Assembly (NCBI GenBank): GCA_008632985.1 | Contig: QPGO01000078.1 | Location: forward strand, 310,001 to 366,074 | Length of the DNA stretch: 56,074 bases | Direction of reading: 5' to 3' | Origin: Psammoneis japonica | Taxonomy: Eukaryota | Part shown: in pieces, positions 48,183 through 56,074 of the stretch | How positions within the stretch are numbered: the first letter of the stretch is position 1 | Layout: each line of letters starts with the position of its first letter | The notes under the pieces: generated by a model | The model's input: only the letters and a program-made list of their open reading frames with translations | The model's database searches: none | What the model was told of the DNA's origin: nothing | Position numbers and translations under genes: made by a program

Positions 48183-50693
48183 ATGGCAAAAGGCAGCGCT
48201 TTATCTTCTCCTCGCACTACTGCTAGTAGCAAGCGTCCCTCACATCCCCGAGATGCGGATCCCCATCATCGTGCTTTTATGATTCGGAGTTTGGAAAAAA
48301 ACGATAAGGAGCTCTGCGTGTTGCAAAAACTCAATCAACAGCTACACAAAACACGCGATGCGATTCTCACACAGTGTGGCGATGCGGTGTTGTTGGATTT
48401 GGGACTAGGCAAAATTGTACTTGACGATGTTCATGAGGATGAATTACAAGAATCCCCTAGCAATCCAACCGATCCAGCACATGTGGAGCTTTGCGTTTCG
48501 TTCTTGTTGCACATGAAGTTGCGTCGCAAGCTCTTGAATCGCTTGAGCCGGAGGCTGAATCGCGTATCGCATGCCATGGATGGAGAAGACGTGTCACCGC
48601 CCCCGCCTCCCAAATATGGGGATTTGCGGCTGCACTTGAATTTTCATGCCGTGGAGGAATATAAACAGAGGGTGGAACAAGTACGAGAAGCCAAGGAACG
48701 GATTGAACAGAGCCAGAAAAAGAAAGAGGAGGAAGCGGTCGAGAAGAAAATGAATAAAGAGGAGCTTAGCGAGGAGGCAAATAAAGAAGACGGGGAAGGG
48801 AACACTGAACAAGAGCAAGGCGGTACAGAGGAACAAGAGGACAGCAAGGACGTGGACGCCATGGAAACCAGTCCCGAAAAGAAAGAGGAAGAGGATACTG
48901 CTATGCAAGACGCTGAAGGCGAAAAGGACTCGGACAAGCAGCCCGAAACGGTATCTTCCACCCCAACAAAGGCCGAAGAAGAAGAGCTTTCTACGCCAGA
49001 CTCGTTACAGCACGATTATCAAATCGTCAAGGAATTCAAGGACGGCTACAGCAAGGCCAAGTTTGCCAATGGCGATACTCGCTACTTGCTCTTGGATCAA
49101 GACGTGGAGGAGGATTACGTGACGATCAAGTACAGCTCTGGCATTGGCGCGGCGCACCGGTCCATGACCTTTCGGGAAAAGGAATTGGATTACAGGCGGT
49201 GGCAGCATACATTGTTGGCGAAAATTCCAGAGCAACCCACGTTTGCGGACTTGGAATTAGACAAGCGCGTGTTTATGCAAGAGGAACGGCTGAATCTACT
49301 CAAGCGAAAGGACGATGCCACGCCCAAGACGAAAAACAAGAAACAGCGAGTTTCAGGGGATTCTGAGGAAGAAGACTCGGAGGAAGAAGAATTAGAGCCC
49401 ATGGACATGGACGAGGACTCCAACAAGGAGGACGAAACCGAGGACAACGAGGAGGAAGAAACGGAAGAGGATAGCAAGGACGAGGACTTTACCGACGAAG
49501 AAGAAGGAGTGGAAAAGGAGACTGACGATAGTCAAGACAAGGGTCAAGAAGATAACGAGGATGATAGCAAAGAAGAAAAGGACGATGCGGGTTCAAAGTC
49601 TTCTTACGACCACTTGCAGAAGAGAAAGGTCATGTCGCTGTCGGCGGTTCCGTCCTTTTTCGAGCAAGACTTGAGACGAACCCGTCTCATTCACGCTGAG
49701 CTCATGGCCTTTTCAACCCAAGAGCACGCTCGAAATATGATTGTGCAAGCCACCAACGAGTACAATGCCACCTTTCGTCGATCCGGTTCGCTGTACAATC
49801 AGCGCATCAAGGTCCAGACCGAGCTCAATAGCCTCAGGTACGAGTCGCGTGTCGTGCAAAGCAGACGCAACAATGAATACGCCGTTCAAGTGAATGTAGC
49901 GCGAGCACGGTGGCAAACTCAGCAAGACACACTCAAGACACAAAAGCTCGTGGCACTCATGCCTTGCTTTTCGGGTCGAATCGCTGTTGGAACTCCCCTG
50001 ACGGCAAATGCGTCGGAACGGACGGACCTCATCACGTCTCAGGTTGGTATGACGATGGCCAACTTGGTGGATGCGGTCGTGACCATGCAAGAGACGGGAT
50101 GGAAAACCCCGCCCGTTGCACCCTTTGTTCCTCCGCCTCCTCCACCAATGCCAGGGCCGTCGGTCGACCCCATTACGGGCGAATCCATGGAGAAGAAACG
50201 AGAACGCAGAGAAGCGGCGCTTCGTAGGGACGTCAACAACCTTGCGGCGAAACTGAAATCCAGTGAAGAAGAGAGAAAGAAGGCTTGGAAAAAGTTGCAA
50301 AAGACTCGATCGGAAGTTGGTTCCAGTCTCCAATACGCACCAGGACGCAAGAACCGCCGGTCCGAGCCGGTGCTAATTCAGAACACGCCCATGCCAAACC
50401 TCTTGAGCAGTATGCCAGCCGTGCCTCCACCGCCAATTTCCATTTCATCGTCGATTCCAGCCTACATTCCTCCCTTTGGTAAGAATCAGACGCCCACCTT
50501 TTCAACCCCAACGGGTTCGTCCGCGTACGCCAAGTATATCGCCAAGGTCAAGGAACGCATTTCGGCCGATGGCACAGTGGCACCCGTGACGCCGCCCAAA
50601 CGACTCAAGGATGGTTCGTATCAACGTCCCGCCGGACGGACCCGAAAGGGAATGGAGTGGGATGCGGTTCGTGGTATTTGGGTACCAAAGTAA
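48183..50693 (+). CDS. Hypothetical acidic/coiled-coil, probably nuclear protein
   Basis: 836-aa ORF with Asp/Glu tracts, Pro-rich segments and a C-terminal RPAGRTRKGMEWDAVRGIW motif. Confidence 0.8.
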   Translation: MAKGSALSSPRTTASSKRPSHPRDADPHHRAFMIRSLEKNDKELCVLQKLNQQLHKTRDAILTQCGDAVLLDLGLGKIVLDDVHEDELQESPSNPTDPAHVELCVSFLLHMKLRRKLLNRLSRRLNRVSHAMDGEDVSPPPPPKYGDLRLHLNFHAVEEYKQRVEQVREAKERIEQSQKKKEEEAVEKKMNKEELSEEANKEDGEGNTEQEQGGTEEQEDSKDVDAMETSPEKKEEEDTAMQDAEGEKDSDKQPETVSSTPTKAEEEELSTPDSLQHDYQIVKEFKDGYSKAKFANGDTRYLLLDQDVEEDYVTIKYSSGIGAAHRSMTFREKELDYRRWQHTLLAKIPEQPTFADLELDKRVFMQEERLNLLKRKDDATPKTKNKKQRVSGDSEEEDSEEEELEPMDMDEDSNKEDETEDNEEEETEEDSKDEDFTDEEEGVEKETDDSQDKGQEDNEDDSKEEKDDAGSKSSYDHLQKRKVMSLSAVPSFFEQDLRRTRLIHAELMAFSTQEHARNMIVQATNEYNATFRRSGSLYNQRIKVQTELNSLRYESRVVQSRRNNEYAVQVNVARARWQTQQDTLKTQKLVALMPCFSGRIAVGTPLTANASERTDLITSQVGMTMANLVDAVVTMQETGWKTPPVAPFVPPPPPPMPGPSVDPITGESMEKKRERREAALRRDVNNLAAKLKSSEEERKKAWKKLQKTRSEVGSSLQYAPGRKNRRSEPVLIQNTPMPNLLSSMPAVPPPPISISSSIPAYIPPFGKNQTPTFSTPTGSSAYAKYIAKVKERISADGTVAPVTPPKRLKDGSYQRPAGRTRKGMEWDAVRGIWVPK

Positions 50694-51070
50694 GTAGGGA
50701 AAAATGGAATTAGTGACACTGTGTGCGTAGGGGGTGGGTGGCTGTAATTGGAGCTTTGTGAAGCATGAATTCAACCAAACCACGAGTACGGTAAATTTAC
50801 GTGTAGTAACTTATTCTTCTAGAGAGTCCCTTCTGGCGTATTGCTTCCCAGACCTGAGCGAAAGAAACATCAATGTATGTTGGGTCAACTGTTTAGTGAC
50901 AGCATGCACAACAGTAGCCTAGGAAGAAATGCTTTTAAGTTTTGTAAATCATGGTAGTCTGCATTCTTCGGACTAAAGGAACGTAAATGTTTACTTCGGC
51001 GACTAATACTTTAAGCTCATTTCAACAAAACCCGAGTACATCTTAAGTAAAATATAGTAGTCCGTGTCCC

Positions 51071-52445
51071 TTAGCTGAAGTTATCCCCCTCGCTGTCGTC
51101 TTGATTCCCGGAAGGCATTGAAGCCATAAGCTGAGCTTGTTGGAGCAACATCAGCCTACGACGTTGCTCTTCCAGAGACGTCGGCTGCTGCGCAAAGGGT
51201 TGCGAGGGAAATTGCTGTTGCTGTCCCAAAAGTTGCATGGCGCTGAGATTCATATTAGCCCCAGGTTGAAAAAGGCCCGTCGCACCAAGCATGTCAGGAA
51301 TTGGTCCTCCACCACCTGTTGCAGCCCCGGACAACTGTGGTAGGCGTGCTGCATTAAGCTGCTCTTGAACAATAGCGTTGAGCCTCATGTTGCGATTCAT
51401 GGCGAGTTCTGTTTCTCGTTCCCGAAGACGCCTCTGTACTTCGGCGTCAATGGCTACTTCCAGGGAACCAACACCCTGTTGAAGCCTGTTGTGATCTGCT
51501 AGCCGCCTTTGAACCTCGGCATTAATGGCAGCATCAAGAGAACCCATTGCAGCAGGAGCGCTTGGGTTCGTGGAACCCAAATCAGGCATCGGAAGCGATG
51601 CAAACGATGTGATTTGGGACCTGGTACTTTCTTCAGAGTCAGGGAGAAGAAACGATGATACCATTTGACGCTGAGGTGTTGCAGGTGACGCTTGGGCTGG
51701 TGGTGCATGCCTGGCTCGCTTGGCCTTGGGGGGCTTTGGCCTTGGCTCGGCGGTACGTGAAATAGAGGGATGAAACGGGACGGCTTTCTTGCATGACATC
51801 TTCTCCACGAGGTCAGCATTGCCACGTTGAAAGTGTTCGTGGTAGAAGACTTCGGAGCCAAACCAATCGTTTTCAGCTTCCTCGTCGCTCTTCACGCGCT
51901 GAAATCCCCAACGGCTGATCTTTCGCTTGAAACTCGAGTACTTTGCTTCTCGAAAGTACCGTGGTAAGATGTCCTTCTTGAAGACTCTTGGTTTGACAAT
52001 CTTGAAGGACTTTCCATCTGGCATCCATGTAATGACGTCGGCGTGCTCCTTAATGGACAATACTTGCATAAGCTGCGGTAAGAGAGACAACATTCCGTTA
52101 GTCGTGTTGGTGTCACATCAAGAATCAAAAACAAGAATTCTGTTCCCAACTACAGTTACTCACCTTGAGCGGGAAAGACACAGCTTTCTTCCTTCCGTTC
52201 TTTGTATAACGCTCAGGAATCTTGAATACTTCTTCCTCGGCGTCAGCCAGCTTCCCCTCCTGGCCCAAAGATGCACTTTGGGCGCTTGCAGGTGAAGTGC
52301 ATTTTTCACGGCTCGGCTCTCTCCATGCAATCTCTGTCAACTGCTGAGCGCCCACACGATCCATCATTGTACTAGAAGTGGCGGTATTCATTCGCTCCTC
52401 TACGTTCTCTGGCGACCCTTCGTAGGGTTGGTTGGTTGAGTTCAT
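51071..52445 (-). CDS. Heat-shock factor (HSF)-type transcription factor, 2 exons (52445-52164, 52072-51071)
   Basis: SFPLK|LMQVL..ITWMPDGKSF..ILPRYF..KYSSFKRKISRWGF..FYHEHFQRG HSF DNA-binding domain; in-frame 91-bp GT-AG intron; Gln-rich tail. Confidence 0.92.
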
Positions 52446-53279
52446 CCTGCTTCCAAATTGACAACTGATACTTTTGAGATGGCCGCGGATAACGACCATA
52501 GCGATTCTGGTTGCGATGCAAAGGGTGTCTTCGCACTTTTTGCTAAGACCTAACCATGACCGTGACAGTTGACCCATAATTATCCCCTCTTACGAAAATG
52601 ATAATGGCTTCTGGTTTCAAACCCGTTAATTTTGTCTTAGGACAGCATTCTTTTCTTCTTCTTGAGGTGTGTATCTATTCAATAGAAGTGAGTCATTCTA
52701 TGATAATAAGTCCCATCTGTCTGTCTTGTTCGAACAAACTGAAAAAACCCCATACTCGCTCGTCACTTACATGTGCCACCAGACAAAAATTATATAGCCC
52801 ATCTTGAGTCACATATAAAGAATATGTGATGTAACTGAAAGTGTTGTATAAGAAGGAACTAACCGTTGCAGTGGAAACTCGGTCATTAATGTCGCAATAG
52901 TCATTGGAAATTTCTTGGGACATTGTTTTGGGGATCACGGTAACATCGCGTTAGCATACCTGCAACGTCCACTGGACAGATCGGGCAGGGTTAGAATAAC
53001 AATGACGCTCAAGAGACTCCTAAAAGAATTTTCCAATTTATGCCCACCGTATAAGTTAATAATTGATCAACTGATCGTTTTTATCAATTCGCACGATTAC
53101 ATTCTGTCACGCAGTGAGTATAAGTCATCAGTTTTTAGACGAATATGGAAATGACTGTCGGTCGCATTGTACAGAATGAAGCCCAACGGTCACCCCATGA
53201 CACTACTGAGTATCCTACTGAGCCGATACGTACACCGCTATCGAAGGACATCAAACGGCGATGATCGCAAAAATAGCAC

Positions 53280-54474
53280 ATTGAATGACAGATGGACGCA
53301 CGGACGGGAACGTGCAACAGACACGCACCGCACACCGCACGGTGCACATGCTCTCTCGTTCGCTCTCTGGCCAGAGAGCAGTGCTGTCTGCTTCTGCCAC
53401 AGCTGGCAGCTGCTAGCTGCTGAGAGACAGCTGCTGCTTGGGTGGAAGACTGCAGCACAAAGCATGCAGAGAAAGGAGAAAAAATGAAAACATGACAATG
53501 AAGGGCACGGCGCCACAGCATCATGCGCCATTGGAGCATTTGTGAAAAACAAAAAAATGGGCATTTTCCACACAAGCAATTGTGTGCATTCACATGGACA
53601 AGCATGCACATTTTTTGTGCACAGATTTGTCTGACAAACAGCAGGTGGCCTCATCTGACAAGTGCTGTTGAACTCACAAATGTTCAACCAAAAGTTTTCT
53701 CAGGATCAAACAAGAAGCACAGCAACGCCTGGCCTTCTCCCCCCACCACAACAAGGTGCGTTCAATGATGAAAGCAGTTGTGCCATGAAGGCTCTTTTTC
53801 TTGGTTCTCATCACACATTTTTTGTTGCAGCAAAAGAGAAAGGCAGCAATCTCAACACATGCTGCACACACCACACACACACACTTGTTTCATGTTTGAT
53901 GATGCGCAAGTGTGCGCACTGGGGTGGCCAGCATCACAAACAACAGCTTGGCTGCCACAACATCTCACATCAGTGCCACAACAGTGAAACCACATTGTGC
54001 AGAGCAATGCCTTGTTTGTTCAATGTTTTGTCGCAACAGCACAGCTTGCATTTTCTCTCTCTCTCACATTTTTCTTTGTGCTCGCACATGTGCACGTCAC
54101 ACAGCATGGGATGAGAACAGCAGCTGGCGTGGCTCTTCCAGGGGGGCAGCAATGACAACTCAACCAATGTGTCTCAAAGTTGTTGCACCAGTGCCAGTGG
54201 ATCCAGCGGGCATGACAGACTCAAGAACAAAAGATGCGAAAAGGAGCCAAGAGCACATCAAAGAAACTTCTGGGAGAGCCCACCAGAGAGAACAAGAAGG
54301 CAAAAAGAGCACATGAGTGACCTGCAAAAGAGAGGCGCAAGTGTGCAGTGTGTGTGTTTTGCAGCATCACCTTGCACTTTTTTTGTCTCTGAGCAAGTGC
54401 TTTTTTTTCTTCCCCAAAGCACGCCGCAGCAGTGACTCTGCTGTGGATGCTGTGACTTTGGCCTTGGCTTTCTC

Positions 54475-54506
<32 letters not shown>

Positions 54507-56074
54507 GTTGTTGTGCCCACTGCTTTGCCCATTGCTTCATTTTTCTGCCATTCTTTGCAGGTGCATTTGCCTGTGCCCCCTGTTCTGTGACAAAGCACAG
54601 CTGCCAACATTCATCTCACTGGATTGCAGCGATGCTTCCCCACTGTCTTTTGAAGCACCACACATCAAGATGGACATTTTCCCTGCAATTCTGCCACACC
54701 GGTTGGTGCTGTGCTGGGAGTGTGGGTCAATCAAGGCAAGTTTTTGGACACAACAGCACTTGAAACACAGATTTGAGTTGAGTTTGCCTGTGGACTTGCA
54801 CATCTTCTTCAAAACAAGGCAATTTTTGAGTTGTGCAGCTCAACCTGGTCAGGCACTCTCACCTGCTCAAAGTCCAGACAGCTGCTCCAGATGTCAAGAA
54901 CACAGAGTGGAGCTGAGTTCATGGGCAGTGGCAGCATTGTGCCACATTTTAGTGTGCATGTGATTTGATTTGCTGAAGAGTGCAGGGCATCAAAAAAGAA
55001 CAGTTGTTGAGTTTTGTGCATGCATGTGACTGCAGTGACAAAATGTGCATCACACAGCACACACAGATGCACAGGTGAAGAAAACCTTGCAACTTGTCTC
55101 TGAAAAATTCCTTGCAAAGCTGGGTTAAAAACACATTGTGATGTTCAAAACAATGGCAGCAGCAACAGCACAGCAGCACAACAAGATTTATGAATCCCCC
55201 CTCATGTGCAACACTGGCGGCACAGCATGAAATAAAAACATGTGCAGTGGTGCAGACTTTGAGGGAGGCAGGTTGTCAGCAAGTGTGGGATTTCTTGCAC
55301 ATGAGAGAGTGACCTTCTTGCAGAGATGAAAGGCTGTTTTGGTCAAAAGATGAAATGGGCCTCATCACAAGATGTGCGCTTTTTGTGCGCTGCACACAAG
55401 GGAGTGAGAGATGATGAAAAGGTCACTTGTGCTGTCCCTCAAGAAGTGCGATGATGCAAAACACTGCATGGCACACAAGCAACCCTGTCCAACGATGACA
55501 TTTGTTTCTTGGCAGAAGAAAAGTGTTGGCTTGCTCAAGTCAAATGAGCTGCAAAAAAAGAAAAACACCATCAAACACACGGCCTGTTCCAGCTCCAGGT
55601 GCTCCGCTCGGGTTCGATTCCCATCATTTGGCAGTTTGTGCTGCATTTGGCGCAATTGACTTTTTCCAAATCCGTTTTTTGCCAAATCGAAGGGCAAGTG
55701 CACACTTTGCATGTGATTTTGGGTGCACACTCACCTTTCGATTTTTGAAACCATCAAAATTGAAGGAGTTGATTGCACCAAACTGCGCAGAAAATCGGCC
55801 TCTCGTGTGATGAAAAGTGGATCACCTGGAGCTGGAACAGGCCACACTCAAATCAAGGGAGTGCAGCTCAGTGCAAGCAGACCCCTTGGTTTCCTGAATC
55901 TGGCATGGAAACCAGATTGCCGGTGCTGCAAGAAATGTCATTGAGTGTGTTCATGAGCATGTGCTGCCACTCATTTTGTGCTGCCCCTCTCTTCTTGTCA
56001 TTTTGCTGTTTTTTCCCAACTTGTTTGCAGAAAAAGAAATGTCCTCTCAAGTTGAAAGCCACTCTGGTCTGCTC
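53280..56074. other. TpA/CpG-depleted, TG/CA-rich decayed block (probable transposon relics, family not identifiable)
   Basis: Very few TA dinucleotides over about 2.8 kb; composition matches the identified TE relics. Confidence 0.65.
54475..54513 (+). repeat. (GTT)n microsatellite
   Basis: Directly visible, with one interruption. Confidence 0.9.

Noticed and set aside
53201..53225. CACTA-starting sequence as a CACTA/EnSpm terminus (also at 37261)
   Set aside because: Both lie near block edges, but no matching opposite TIR or TSD was found in the window; a 5-mer alone is insufficient.

Overview
Eukaryotic genomic DNA, most likely a diatom (inferred from compact genes with short GT-AG introns, bipartite signal-peptide + Phe plastid presequences, an HSF factor and CoDi-like Ty1/copia elements); the species cannot be assigned from the sequence. 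Ordinary gene islands (about 6.2-15.9 kb and 42.4-52.5 kb) alternate with transposon blocks. These contain a CRE-clade RLE non-LTR retrotransposon, a full-length copia element with 288-bp LTRs and a 5-bp TSD, a TA-TSD MITE, a piggyBac-type non-autonomous element, PIF/Harbinger-like transposase relics, a second deleted copia and a second RLE relic. The main finding is a repeat-restricted, dinucleotide-specific hypermutation, TpA->CpA/TpG (A->G at TA on either strand), which is the reverse of fungal RIP. Three independent lines support it: 17 of 18 LTR-LTR differences fit it while CpGs are intact; conserved Tyr become Cys/His, including both RT YxDD motifs; and one piggyBac TTAA target duplication reads TTGA. 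Host genes are spared, and element edges next to genes are partly spared. Also notable are a YbaK-ankyrin-DEDDy exonuclease-DUF3427-like fusion, an REase+kinase-like pseudogene and an HNH-toxin-like membrane protein. All domain calls come from motif recognition by eye, not database searches.
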